A program made the position numbers and the translations under genes. Shown here piece after piece: positions 49,952 to 60,481 of a stretch of DNA of 64,000 nt. A model generated the notes under the pieces. It saw nothing but the letters and a program-made list of their open reading frames with translations, did no database searches and was not told the DNA's origin. The stretch is from Sedimentisphaerales bacterium (lineage in GTDB: Bacteria > Planctomycetota > Phycisphaerae > Sedimentisphaerales > Anaerobacaceae): assembly GCA_963708075.1 (NCBI GenBank), contig OY970194.1, forward strand, positions 6,336,001 through 6,400,000, written 5' to 3'. Positions within the stretch are counted from its first letter, which is position 1, and every line of letters starts with the position of its first letter.

Positions 49952-50141
49952 TATGGTGAGACAGGCCCGTTCTCGGCATCAATAGGCTCAAACGACAGCC
50001 CAGCGGACTTGATTGTGGGCGTCGCCTGCGGTAAACTGGCCGCGGGCGGTATGCGTGTCCGGTACTGGCCCATCGTCCGGCAGTTGGAGGCCGTCGATTC
50101 GGCCCACAAGAGGTTTTCCTTTTCCGGGATAGAAGCACAGA

Positions 50142-51094
50142 ATGAAAAAACTGTTAACCGTTGCGACGCGCCGGGGAGATCTGGCTATGGTGCAGACCCG
50201 TGGCGTCATCGCCGCACTGAAGGCGAAGCATCCGGAAGTCGAGATCGGCATCAAGGAGATCACGACCGCCGGCGATAAGGATCGTCGTACCGCCCTGTGG
50301 GACCTGAAGGACACGGGCTTCTTCACATCGCAACTGGAAGAGGCGTTGCTGGCCGGCGAGGCGGATTTCGCCGTGCACAGCTTCAAGGATTTGCCGACGC
50401 ACCAGCCCGAGGGTCTGACCGTGACGGCCATTTGCGACCGGCGATGGCCCGAGGACAGTTTGCTGGCCAAGCAGCCGGTCAGTTCCATCGATGATTTGCC
50501 TCGCTCGGCCCGCGTGGGAACATCGAGCCTGCGGCGTGCGGCGCAATTGCGGCACCTGCGGCCGGACCTTGAACTGGTGCCCCTTCGTGGCAACGTCCAG
50601 ACGCGGATCAGGAAGCTCCATACCACCGACCTTGACGCCATCATTCTGGCGCGGGCGGGCCTGGAGCGGCTGGGACTGGCCGACCAGATCTCCGTCATCT
50701 TTGACCCCCGGCAATTCATCCCGGCCCCGGCCCAGGGGCGCTGGCGATCCAGACAAGAAGCGATGACAAGGAGACTGTGGCGGTCGTGGGGTCCATAGAC
50801 GATGAGCTGTCCAGGGCTCTCGCATCGGCAGAACGGCAGGTCCTCGCCACGATGCAGTGCGGCTGCCATGCCCCGGTGGGGGCTTTTGCGGAATCCCGCA
50901 ATGGCACGATGGAGCTCCATGCGTTCCTGTCGGACGTCGAGGGTCGCAACATCATCAAGCGGCAGACGAGCGGCCCGATAGCCCAGGCACTGCAATTGGG
51001 GGAACGACTTGCAGACGAGTTGCTCGACGCGGGCGGCCGGGAGATTCTTCGTGAGCTCGAAAAGGAGCAAGGCATAAATGAACGCGGGAGCTAA
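50142..51094 (+). CDS. hemC: Hydroxymethylbilane synthase (apparent frameshift near 50736)
   Basis: VATR..LA, AVHSFKDLP, GTSSLRR, RGNVQTR, PAPAQG, GCHAPVG. Confidence 0.93.
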
Positions 51095-52606
51095 GAAAGG
51101 CATGGCGTACCTGGTCGGCGCCGGGCCCGGGCGGACGGACCTGATCACACTGCGCGGGGCCGAGCTGCTCCGAATCGCCGACTGCATCATCGTTGACAAG
51201 CTGGCCAACCCGGCCCTGCTGGAGCTTGCCCGCAAGGACGCCGAGATTATCCACGTGCCCAAGCGGATCGGTCCCGGCTCGTTCACGCAGGACCAGATCA
51301 ACCAGATTCTCGTGGCCAAAGCACTGGAGGGCAAAATCGTCATCCGGCTCAAAGGCGGCGACCCGTGCATCTTCGGCCGATGTACGGAAGAGGCCGTCCT
51401 GTTGAATGAAGCCGGCGTCGATTTCGAGATCGTCCCGGGCATCACCGCCGCCATCGCCGCCTCCGAGTACACGGGCATCATGCTCACCGACCGTCGGTAC
51501 AGCTCGCAAGTGGCGTTCATCACCGGCCGCGAGGCCGAGGGCAAGGAGGATAGCAACATCGACTGGAACGTGCTGGCGCACTTTCCCGGCACGCTCGTGT
51601 TCTACATGGGCATCGGTACATTGCCCACAATTTCCGAGCAATTGATGGCCAACGGCAGGTCGGGCGAGACCCCGGTGGCGCTTGTAGCGAACGCGACCTT
51701 GCCGGGCCAGAGGGTCGTGCGGGCGACGCTGAGCGGGATCGTCGAGACGTGCAGCCGCGAGAAGATCGAGCCGCCGGCCCTGATCATTGTCGGCGAAGCG
51801 GCCCGCGGCGAGGCCGGCCTGAACTGGTTCATGCGAAAGCCCCTGTTCGGACACACGGTCCTTGTGACACGCGATACGGAAGGCAACTCCGAAGTGTCGC
51901 AGAAGATCGTCGCCCGCGGCGGAAATCCGGTGGAGTTTGCCACGATCGGGATCAAACCGATGACCGACCGTGACGAGTTCCTCCGAGTGCTGACGGAACT
52001 GACCGGCTGTGACTGGGTGATCTTCACGAGTCCAAACGGCGTCACCGTTTTCTTCGATGCGTTAGATGCTCTCGGCAAGGACGCAAGGGTCTTCGGCCCG
52101 GTCCGATTGGCGGCACTGGGTGATAAGACCGCCGCAAGCCTGGCGCGATACGGGATCAAAGCGGATTTCGTCCCGACCGTCTTCACGGGATACGAGCTTG
52201 GCGTTCAGCTTGCCGCCCTGGCGAATCTCCATGAGAAGAAGGTCCTGCTGTTGCGTTCGGAGCTGGCCTCGAAGGAGCTTGTGGAGGTCCTGCAGCAGGC
52301 GGGGCGCAGGTGCGCGATGTCCCGATTTACACGGCCGTGGCGCAGCAGGGCGATGCGGCGGGTCTCGAAGAGCAGATTCGTCAGGGCCGGATTCGCTGGC
52401 TGACCTTCGCCAGCCCATCCGCCGTCCGATCCTTCTTCGAGCAGGTTCGGCCGGAGGCGGTCAACACGGGCAGCGCGAAGGTCGCCTCTATCGGGCCCGT
52501 GACGTCTAAGGAGTTGATCAGGCTCGGCGTCCGAATCGACGTCGAAGCGACCGAGCACACGACCGACGGTATGTTCGACGCCATCGAGAACGCCGAACGC
52601 AGTTGA
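51078..52606 (+). CDS. cobA: Fused uroporphyrinogen-III C-methyltransferase / synthase (CobA-HemD) (apparent frameshift near 52302)
   Basis: LVGAGPG, RLKGGDP, VPGITA; HemD half FTSPNGV, FASPSAV, IGPVT. Confidence 0.9.
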
Positions 52607-52635
52607 AATCAAAGGTGTTTGTCGCGCCCAAGGTG

Positions 52636-52708
52636 TGGGTGCCATGCTTACGCTCGCGTAAGCATGTCTTAGCGTCGCATGTCCACGCAAGCGTGGACAT
52701 GGCACCCA
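52636..52708. repeat. REP-like inverted pair (GGGTGCCATG family)
   Basis: TGGGTGCCATGCTTACGCTCGCGTAAGCATG ... CATGTCCACGCAAGCGTGGACATGGCACCCA. Confidence 0.8.
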
Positions 52709-52781
52709 GTTGTTTGGGTGGCAGCGACAAGCGGGAGCTTGCCGATGGTCCTTTGCTATGAATGTTGATGGAGTATAGCAC

Positions 52782-53762
52782 ATGGGTTTTCCCGAGATTC
52801 GAATGCGGCGGCTTCGCACCAGCGCCACGATGAGGCGGATGGTGCGCGAGACCTCGCTCAGCGTAAATGACCTGATCTATCCGCTCTTTGTCCGCGCCGG
52901 GCAAGGCCTGAAGACGCCGATTGCGTCGATGACGGACTGCTACCACCTCTCGCCCGACCGGATTGCGGATGAGGCGGAGGAGGTCGCGAGCCTGGGCATC
53001 CCCGCGGTGCTCCTGTTCGGCCTGCCCGCGAAGAAGGACGAGAAAGGCTCTGAAGCCTGGGCCGAGGACGGCTCCGTGCAACTGGCGACTCGGGCAATCA
53101 AGGATCGCGTCCCCGATCTCCTGGTCGTTACCGACGTTTGCCTCTGCGAATACACCAGCACAGGTCATTGCGGCGTCATCAAGGATGGCAAGGTCGATAA
53201 CGACGCCACGCTGGAGCTGCTCGCGAAGATGGCGCTGTCGCACGCGCAGGCCGGGGCCGATATCGTGGCTCCATCGGACATGATGGACGGCCGGGTCCGC
53301 GCCATTCGCCAGGTGCTGGAGCATAATGGCTTCAATCACGTCGCGATCATGTCCTACGCCGCCAAGTTCGCCTCCTCCTTCTACGGCCCGTTCCGGGACG
53401 CCGCCGAATCCGCCCCCGCCTTCGGCGACCGCAAAGGCTACCAGATGGACCCCGCCAACGCCCGCGAGGCCATGCGCGAGATTGAGCTGGACATCCAGGA
53501 GGGCGCCGACATCGTGATGGTCAAGCCGGCCCTGAGTTTCCTCGACATCATTTATCGGGCGCGGGAGCGGTTCGACTGTCCCATTGCCGCCTACAACGTC
53601 AGCGGCGAGTACATGATGGTCAATGCCGCCGCCGATGCGGGCCTCCTGGACCGCGACGCCGCCATGATGGAGGTCTTGACCTCCATCAAGCGCGCCGGCG
53701 CCGACATGATCCTCACCTACTTCGCGAAAGCCGCGGCCAGGCGTCTGAGCCAGTCATCATAA
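52782..53762 (+). CDS. hemB: Porphobilinogen synthase (Zn-binding type)
   Basis: [45 protein letters not shown]. Confidence 0.97.
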   Translation: MGFPEIRMRRLRTSATMRRMVRETSLSVNDLIYPLFVRAGQGLKTPIASMTDCYHLSPDRIADEAEEVASLGIPAVLLFGLPAKKDEKGSEAWAEDGSVQLATRAIKDRVPDLLVVTDVCLCEYTSTGHCGVIKDGKVDNDATLELLAKMALSHAQAGADIVAPSDMMDGRVRAIRQVLEHNGFNHVAIMSYAAKFASSFYGPFRDAAESAPAFGDRKGYQMDPANAREAMREIELDIQEGADIVMVKPALSFLDIIYRARERFDCPIAAYNVSGEYMMVNAAADAGLLDRDAAMMEVLTSIKRAGADMILTYFAKAAARRLSQSS

Positions 53763-54117
53763 GGTGGGAATGCCGGCGGACCCTCAGCAATAGTGCGTAT
53801 CAACCGAACTTTGCATTCCTGACAGGAGACGGCCCGTTCGGCCTGTTTTTACCTTTTTGCGCTTGCTTTTCACAACAAACGGGGTCACCATAACAGGGCC
53901 ACGGGCGAATGTCGCCCCGGCGTGGTCGCCTGACCGCGAAAACGTTGGTGCTGGGCATGCAGAAGTCCTCCTGAAACGGGTGATGACAGCGCCATCCTCG
54001 TTTTCCAGAGCGACGATACGTGCGGGCGATGAACGGTTGGAGAAAAGACGCGCTTTCATCGTGCCGAAAGACAGTTGTGGGTAGGTTTGACCGTAAGGGT
54101 CGGAAAGGCAGGTGCTT

Positions 54118-55338
54118 ATGGGAATGCGATACGTGAGGATTCTCGGTGTCCTCGTTACGGGACTGGCTCTGATCGGCACGGGGTGCAAGAAGTCGCCCGA
54201 GACGCCGCCGCCAGCGAAGACTGCAACACCGGCGAAGGCTCCGGCGACTCAGACGCCAGCGACGCCGATCAAGGTCGGCGCCATTTTCGCAGTCACCGGC
54301 CCGGCGTCATTCCTCGGGGCTCCTGAGCAGAAGACGGCGGAGATGCTCGTCGAGCAGATCAATCAGGCTGGTGGGATTGCTGGTCACAAGGTCACGCTGC
54401 TCGTCAAAGACTCGGGTGCTAAACCGGAAACAGCCATTTCCCTGGCCAAACAGCTCATTGACGAAGAGAAGGTCCTTGCGATTATCGGGCCTTCCACCAG
54501 TGGCGAAACCATGGCGATCAAGAACATCTGCCAGGAAGGCAAGACGATTCTCCTGTCATGCGCCGCGGCCGAGGACATCGTCAATCCGATCGCCAGCTAC
54601 GTGTTCAAGACCCCCCAGAAAGACAGCGACGCCGCCAGACGCATCTTCGAGACGATGAAGGAAAAAGGAATCGCCAAGGTCGGTGTCGTTTCCAGCAGTG
54701 ACGGTTTCGGAGTCGCGGGAGCCAAGCAACTCGCCGGCCTTGCCGCCGAGTATGGAGAGACAATCGCCATCTCCGAGACATACGACAAGGCGGAGACCGA
54801 TCTGACCGGCGTGCTCACCAAGCTCAAAGGCGCGGATATCCAGGCCGTGGTCAACTGGTCCATCGTCCCCGCCCAGAGCCTGGTGGCCAAGAACATGAAG
54901 CAGATCGACCTGAATGTCCCGCTGTTCCAGAGCCACGGATTCGGCAATATCAAATACGTCCAGGCGGGCGGCGAGGCGGCCAATGGCACCATATTCCCCT
55001 GCGGACGCCTGCTCGTAGCTGAAGTTCTGCCCGGCACCCATCCGCAGAAACAAGTCCTCCTGAAGTACAAGCAGGACTATGAGAGTCGATACAAGGAAGA
55101 CGCGAGCACCTTCGGCGGACACGCTTACGATGCGCTGTTGATCCTCGCTGAAGCGGTCAAGAAGGCCGGAAGCGTCGAGCCCGAGAAGGTTCGTGCGGCC
55201 ATCGAGACACTGCAGGGCGTTGTCGGGACAGGCGGCGTGTTCAACTTCTCCGCGACCGACCACAACGGGCTGGCCAAGGACGCGTTTGAGATGCTCACGG
55301 TGGAGAACGGCAAGTTCGCGGTGTACAACAAGAAATAA
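54118..55338 (+). CDS. HAAT (Liv-type) ABC transporter substrate-binding lipoprotein
   Basis: Lipobox GTGC; IKVGAIFAVTGPASFLG..INQAGGI.G. Confidence 0.9.
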   Translation: MGMRYVRILGVLVTGLALIGTGCKKSPETPPPAKTATPAKAPATQTPATPIKVGAIFAVTGPASFLGAPEQKTAEMLVEQINQAGGIAGHKVTLLVKDSGAKPETAISLAKQLIDEEKVLAIIGPSTSGETMAIKNICQEGKTILLSCAAAEDIVNPIASYVFKTPQKDSDAARRIFETMKEKGIAKVGVVSSSDGFGVAGAKQLAGLAAEYGETIAISETYDKAETDLTGVLTKLKGADIQAVVNWSIVPAQSLVAKNMKQIDLNVPLFQSHGFGNIKYVQAGGEAANGTIFPCGRLLVAEVLPGTHPQKQVLLKYKQDYESRYKEDASTFGGHAYDALLILAEAVKKAGSVEPEKVRAAIETLQGVVGTGGVFNFSATDHNGLAKDAFEMLTVENGKFAVYNKK

Positions 55339-55375
55339 CGTGAGCTGATGGATCAGCCGCAGGAGCCGAGCCAGA

Positions 55376-56265
55376 ATGAATTATCCCCTGATCGTGCAGT
55401 ACGGCCTCTCGGGTATCACCGTCGGCAGCATCTACGCTATCGTTGCCGTCGGCTTTAACATCATCTATAGCACGACCGGGATCATCAATTTTGCCCAAGG
55501 GGAATTCCTGATCATCGGCGCGATGATGGCCATCAGCCTGTACCAGGTCGTTCCACTGTGGCTTGCCATTGTCCTGGCGGTCATCGTGACGACGATTCTC
55601 GGCGGGCTGATGGAGATCGTCTTCATCCGGCCGGTGCGCAATGCCTCGGTCCTGCGGCTGATCGTCATTACCATTGGCCTCTCGATTCTGATTCGGGAGG
55701 CCATGCTGCATATCTGGGACGAGCAGGTCCGCTCCCTGCCGTATTTCACGGGTACATCCGTTTCTACGATCACGATTCTCGGCGCACATATCTCGCCGCA
55801 AGTGCTGTGGGTGCTCGGCGTCAGCGCCGTGATCGTCGGCGGGCTGACGATCTTCTTCCGGTTCACGCTGCTGGGCCGGGCCATGAGGGCTTGTGCGGAT
55901 GACCGCATGGCGGCGTGTCTGTGCGGCATCAACGACCGCTGGATGGTCACGCTCTCGTTCATGCTCAGCGCCGGCATCGGCGCCCTGGCCGGCTGCGTCA
56001 TCTCGCCCGTGACACAGACGCAGTACGATATGGGGGCGCCCTGGCGATCAAGGGCTTCACTGTGGCCATCTTGGGCGGCCTCGGCAACAGCATGGCCGCG
56101 GTCGTGGCGGGACTGCTCCTGGGACTGCTCGAAGCATTCGTGGTCAGCCAGTTCGCGTCGGCGTACAAGGAGGCCGTGGCGATTGTGGTCCTTCTGCTGG
56201 TCCTGGTCTTTCGGCCGACCGGGCTGTTCGTCCGTCGCGAGATCGGGGCCTTGAGGGCCGCATGA
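55376..56265 (+). CDS. Liv-type permease LivH-like (apparent frameshift near 56035-56040)
   Basis: GSIYAIVAVGF..INFAQGE, LGRAMRA, KGFTVAILGGLG. Confidence 0.85.
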
Positions 56266-57332
56266 TGCGACTGCGAAGATATTGGCCTGTCGCTGCCAGT
56301 GCCCTTGCGGTGATTGTGCTCCAGGTGGCGCTGTCTCTGACCGGCGCCACGTACTACATGACCCAGATCACCATGTCGGCCTACTACGCGATGGTGGTGA
56401 TCGGTCTGTGTCTGCTCATGGGCTATGCGGGCCAGGCGTCCCTGGGTCACGCGGGCTTTTTTGCCATCGGCGGCTACACGGTCGCTTACATGACGACGGT
56501 GAACCTTCTTGCCTATCGCGACACCGGCCTGATTCGTCTGCTGCACTCGCTGGGCTTGGTCGTTCAGTGGCGCGACCTGTACGGGGCGGACGTTCTGTCG
56601 TTCTCGGCTTGGCCGGCCTTTATCGCCGCCCTTGTGTTGACCGGCCTGATTGCCTTTCTGATCGGCGTTCCCGTGATTCGGCTCAAGGGACATTACCTGG
56701 CGATGGCGACGCTGGGTTTCGGCCTGATCGTCTACCGCGTCGTCCTGGGGACGAAGGGTCTTGGGCAGGCCGACGGCCTCTCGAACGTACCGCCGTTTCC
56801 CCTGATTCCGGGCCTCGAAGTGAACGGCAGGGCGCCGTTCCGAATTCAGAACTACTACATCGCGTGGGTGACGGTCCTGGTCGCCATGGTCCTGGCGATC
56901 AATCTCATCAACTCACGTGTCGGCAGAGCCCTTCGCTCCATTCATCAGAATGAGGAGGCGGCCCACTCCCTCGGGGTGAACACGTATCGCTACAAGCTGG
57001 CCGTTTTTGTACTCAGCGCCCTGTTTGCCGCCGTGGGCGGGGCTTTGATGACCCACTATAATGGCAGCATCGGGCCGTCCGAGGCGACGGTCATGAAATC
57101 CGTCCGGTATGTGGCTATTGTCGCCGCCGGCGGCATGGCGAACTTGTGGGGCGCGATGCTTATGGGGATCCTGCTGAACTTCCTGTCCCTGCGAGGCGTC
57201 TTCGGGACATTCGATGACGCCGTGTTTGGGGCCATCCTCATTCTCATCATGCTCTTCGCGCCGCAGGGCCTGCTGCGCGTGCCGAGGGTGTCGTCGCTTT
57301 CAGCTCTGTTGTCCAGGAGGCCGCATGGATAA
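56262..57332 (+). CDS. Liv-type permease LivM-like
   Basis: GYAGQASLGHAGFFAIG, RLKGHYLAMATLGF, SRVGRALRSI. Confidence 0.88.
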   Translation: MMRLRRYWPVAASALAVIVLQVALSLTGATYYMTQITMSAYYAMVVIGLCLLMGYAGQASLGHAGFFAIGGYTVAYMTTVNLLAYRDTGLIRLLHSLGLVVQWRDLYGADVLSFSAWPAFIAALVLTGLIAFLIGVPVIRLKGHYLAMATLGFGLIVYRVVLGTKGLGQADGLSNVPPFPLIPGLEVNGRAPFRIQNYYIAWVTVLVAMVLAINLINSRVGRALRSIHQNEEAAHSLGVNTYRYKLAVFVLSALFAAVGGALMTHYNGSIGPSEATVMKSVRYVAIVAAGGMANLWGAMLMGILLNFLSLRGVFGTFDDAVFGAILILIMLFAPQGLLRVPRVSSLSALLSRRPHG

Positions 57333-58109
57333 CGTACTCCTGGAGACGAAGAGCCTGCATCGATCCTTCGGCGGCGTGCTCGCGATCAAAGATGTCAGCA
57401 TGCAGGTACATCGAGGCGCGATCAAAGCTGTCATTGGCCCGAACGGCGCGGGCAAGACGACGCTGTTCAACCTGATCGCCGGGACGATCCCGCCGCAGAA
57501 GGGCGAGGTCGCGTTCCAGGGCAAACGGATCACGGCCTGGAAGCCGCACGCCGTCGCGGGACTGGGCATCGCCCGGACGTTCCAGACGACGAAGCTCTTT
57601 CCCCACATGAGTGTGCTCGAAAACGTGATGGTCGGCCGGCATCCGCGGACTCGATCAGGCTTCCTCGCTGGGATGTTGAATCTGCCGTGCACCTGGCGCG
57701 AGGATTGTGAAATCAGGGACAAGGCGTCGGAAATCCTCGAAGACCTGGGCTTGGCCAAGTACGCGGAGGAGACAGCGTCGAATCTCCCCTTTGGCCGGCA
57801 ACGCCTTGTGGAGTTTGCGCGGCGCTCGCCACGGAGCCGATTCTGCTGCTCCTGGACGAGCCTGCGGCGGGGCTCAATATCTACGAGACCAAAGAACTCT
57901 CGGAACTGATCCTGAAGATTCGCGATCGCGGCATCACCTGCCTCATCGTCGAGCACGATATGTCGCTCGTGATGAACATCTCCGACGATGTGGTCGTTCT
58001 GGACCAGGGGCAGAAGATCGCTGAGGGCCCCCCGCGGGTCATCCAGCGAAACCCCGAGGTCATCCGCATTTACCTGGGTGACGACTATGCTCAGAATTCT
58101 GAATCTTGA
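57325..58109 (+). CDS. Liv-type ATPase LivG-like (apparent frameshift near 57821)
   Basis: GPNGAGKTT, GIARTFQ; second frame LLLLDEPAAGLN..VEHDM..IYLG. Confidence 0.85.
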
Positions 58110-58827
58110 AGCCGGATACGGCCCGCTGCGGGTCCTCAAGGGAATCTCGCTGCACGTCTCCCCGGGTGAGATCGTCGCCCTGATTGGGGCCAACGGGGCG
58201 GGAAAAACGACCCTGCTCAAGACCATCGCGGGGATCCTGAAATGCCGCTCCGGCGCGATCGAATTCGACAAGCGGCAGATTCACGGCAAGTCCCCGGAGC
58301 GGATCGTCGAGTTCGGTTGCTGCCTCGTGCCCGAGGGCCGGCACGTCTTCAGCACGTTGAGCGTCCGGGAGAATCTCATCCTCGGCGCCTTCGCCCGCCG
58401 ACACAGGGATAACGGCGCAACCGTCGCCGCCGGGCTGGAGGAAGTGTACCAGCTTTTCGGCATCCTGAAGGAGCGCGAAAAGCAGCTTGCGGGCACGCTC
58501 TCGGGCGGCCAGCAGCAGATGCTCGCCATCGGCCGGGCATTGATGTCCAGGCCGAGGCTTCTGATGATGGATGAGCCGTCGCTCGGGGTCGCGCCGCTGA
58601 TCGCGAGGGACATTTTCCAAACCGTCGTCCGCCTCAAGCAGACGGGCCTGACGGTGCTGCTGGTCGAGCAGAATGCCCGGGCGGCCCTGGCCGTCGCCGA
58701 TCGCGGCTACGTTATTGAAACCGGACAGGTCGTCCTTGAGGGAACGGCCCAGGAGCTCTGTGACAACCCGGAGGTCCAGCGGGCCTATCTCGGCAAGGAA
58801 TACAAGACAATTGATGAGGATGAATAG
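58087..58827 (+). CDS. Liv-type ATPase LivF-like
   Basis: GANGAGKTT, VPEGR, LSGGQQQMLAIGRALM, DEPSLG, VEQN. Confidence 0.9.
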   Translation: MLRILNLEAGYGPLRVLKGISLHVSPGEIVALIGANGAGKTTLLKTIAGILKCRSGAIEFDKRQIHGKSPERIVEFGCCLVPEGRHVFSTLSVRENLILGAFARRHRDNGATVAAGLEEVYQLFGILKEREKQLAGTLSGGQQQMLAIGRALMSRPRLLMMDEPSLGVAPLIARDIFQTVVRLKQTGLTVLLVEQNARAALAVADRGYVIETGQVVLEGTAQELCDNPEVQRAYLGKEYKTIDEDE

Positions 58828-58983
58828 ATGGATAAGCGGGCAGGAATATCGGGTGGCAGCGTCAAGACCGAAGGTCTTGGCGATGGCGCTCTTGTATGCA
58901 GAGGGGGCCATCGCCAAGCTGCGCTTGACGCTGCCACCCAGGCACCCTCACGCTCCCACGCTTCGTGCTTGATTTAGGGTATA

Positions 58984-60303
58984 ATGATGGACCGCGCAAA
59001 CCTGTACAATCCGAAACATGAGACGATGCCGCGAGACGAGTTGGAGCAGCTCCAGATCGAGCGGCTGCAGTCCACGCTGAACCGGGTCTATCGCAACGTG
59101 GCGTTCTATCGCACCGCCTTCGACGCGCATCGCGTGAACCTGGAGCGGCTCAAGGAGGTCCGCGCATTGCGCGAGCTTCCCTTCACGACGCGCGAGGACC
59201 TGCGAAAGAGTTATCCCTACGACATGTTCGCCGTGCCGCTGCATGACATCGCGAGGATTCACTCGACGTCGGGCACAACCGGCGTGCCCATCGTCGTCGG
59301 GTACACTCGAAACGATCTCAGGGTCTGGACGGAGTGCACCGCTCGCCTGCTGGTTGCCGCCGGGGTCGCGCAGCATGACGTGGTGCAGATCGCGCTGAAC
59401 TACAGCCTGTTCGCCGGCGGATTCGGCTTTCACCAGGGCGTCGAGCAGATCGGGGCCACGGTGATTCCCGCCTCGCTGACCACGAATCTCGAAAAGCAGA
59501 TTGCCATCATGCGGGATTTCAAGGCGACGGTCCTGATCTCCACGCCCAGTCACGGCATCAACATCGTCGCCGGTCTCGAACGGTTGCAGATTCACCCCGA
59601 GCGGCTGCACCTGCGGCTGGGACTCTTCGGCGGCGAGCGGCTGAGCGATTCCCTTCGCCGGCAGCTTGAAGAGCAACTGCGCATCACCTCGATCGACACC
59701 TACGGCCTGACGGAGATCATGGGGCCCGGCGTCGCCGGGGAGTGCCAGGTCCGCGACGGCTTCCACATCAACGAGGACCACTTCATCGTCGAGGTCATCG
59801 ACCCCGGAACGCTCGAGCCCGTCCCGGTCGCAGAGCAGGGAGAGCTGGTCCTCACCACGATCACCAAGGAAGGTGTTCCCCTGATCCGGTATCGAACGGG
59901 GGACATCACTCAACTGAATCCCGAGCCGTGCTCTTGCGGCAGGACCTTCGTCCGCATGGCAAGGATCGCCGGCCGCACGGATGATCAGATCCTCTTTCGC
60001 GGCGTGGCCTTCTTCCCCTCCCAAATCGAGGAAATCCTCGCCGGCGTCGAGGCCACCAGCCCGTATTACCAGATCATTCTCGACGAGCAGGGCGGTATCG
60101 ACACCATCGAAGTCCGCGTCGAGATCTCGGACAAGATTCCGTTCCTCGATGAGGTCAAGGCCCTCGAAGCCCTGCGCGTGCAGATGGCCAATCGCATCAA
60201 GGCATCTCTCGATATCGAGGCAAAGGTGACATTCGTCGAGCCCCGGTCGTTACGCGAACTCACCGGCGGCAAAGACCGCGTCGTGGACAAGAGGCCGCGA
60301 TAA
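58984..60303 (+). CDS. paaK: Phenylacetate--CoA ligase family protein
   Basis: LPFTTREDLR..YPY, HSTSGTTG.P, YGLTEIMGPGVAGEC, PLIRYRTGD, GRTDD. Confidence 0.85.
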   Translation: MMDRANLYNPKHETMPRDELEQLQIERLQSTLNRVYRNVAFYRTAFDAHRVNLERLKEVRALRELPFTTREDLRKSYPYDMFAVPLHDIARIHSTSGTTGVPIVVGYTRNDLRVWTECTARLLVAAGVAQHDVVQIALNYSLFAGGFGFHQGVEQIGATVIPASLTTNLEKQIAIMRDFKATVLISTPSHGINIVAGLERLQIHPERLHLRLGLFGGERLSDSLRRQLEEQLRITSIDTYGLTEIMGPGVAGECQVRDGFHINEDHFIVEVIDPGTLEPVPVAEQGELVLTTITKEGVPLIRYRTGDITQLNPEPCSCGRTFVRMARIAGRTDDQILFRGVAFFPSQIEEILAGVEATSPYYQIILDEQGGIDTIEVRVEISDKIPFLDEVKALEALRVQMANRIKASLDIEAKVTFVEPRSLRELTGGKDRVVDKRPR

Positions 60304-60310
60304 AGATAAT

Positions 60311-60457
60311 ATCGAAATCCGAAGCACGAAATTCGAAAGAAGCACGAAATCCGAAAGGCTCAACGTCTCAAACATTCCGTGCGGCGTACTGTTTTGAATT
60401 TCGAATTTCGGTCTTTGGGATTTGTTTTGGATTTCGACATTCGGATTTCGGATTTGA
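60311..60457. repeat. Inverted heptamer arrays (CGAAATC-type / GATTTCG-type)
   Basis: cgaaatc cgaagca cgaaatt ... gaatttc gaatttc ... gatttcg acattcg gatttcg. Confidence 0.8.
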
Positions 60458-60481
60458 TATCTCATTAGAAGGAGCGTGGAG

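Noticed and set aside
53890..54110. Leader of the liv operon as a T-box or riboswitch
   Set aside because: Some stems are possible, but there is no T-box sequence, terminator U-tract or recognisable aptamer.
3290..57825. Ten frameshifts (asnS 3294, rnc 9250, lepB 22168, ECF fusion 25426, anti-sigma 1 28914, DUF4838 44525, hemC 50736, cobA-hemD 52302, livH ~56036, livG 57821) as programmed frameshifting or pseudogenisation
   Set aside because: Each is repaired by adding or removing one unit in a short homopolymer or GC dinucleotide run, several hit essential genes, and no slippery-site pattern is shared. This is typical of long-read consensus error.
14153..60457. Short tandem and palindromic repeats as CRISPR arrays
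   Set aside because: Units are 7-9 bp or paired palindromes without unique spacers, and no cas genes are present.
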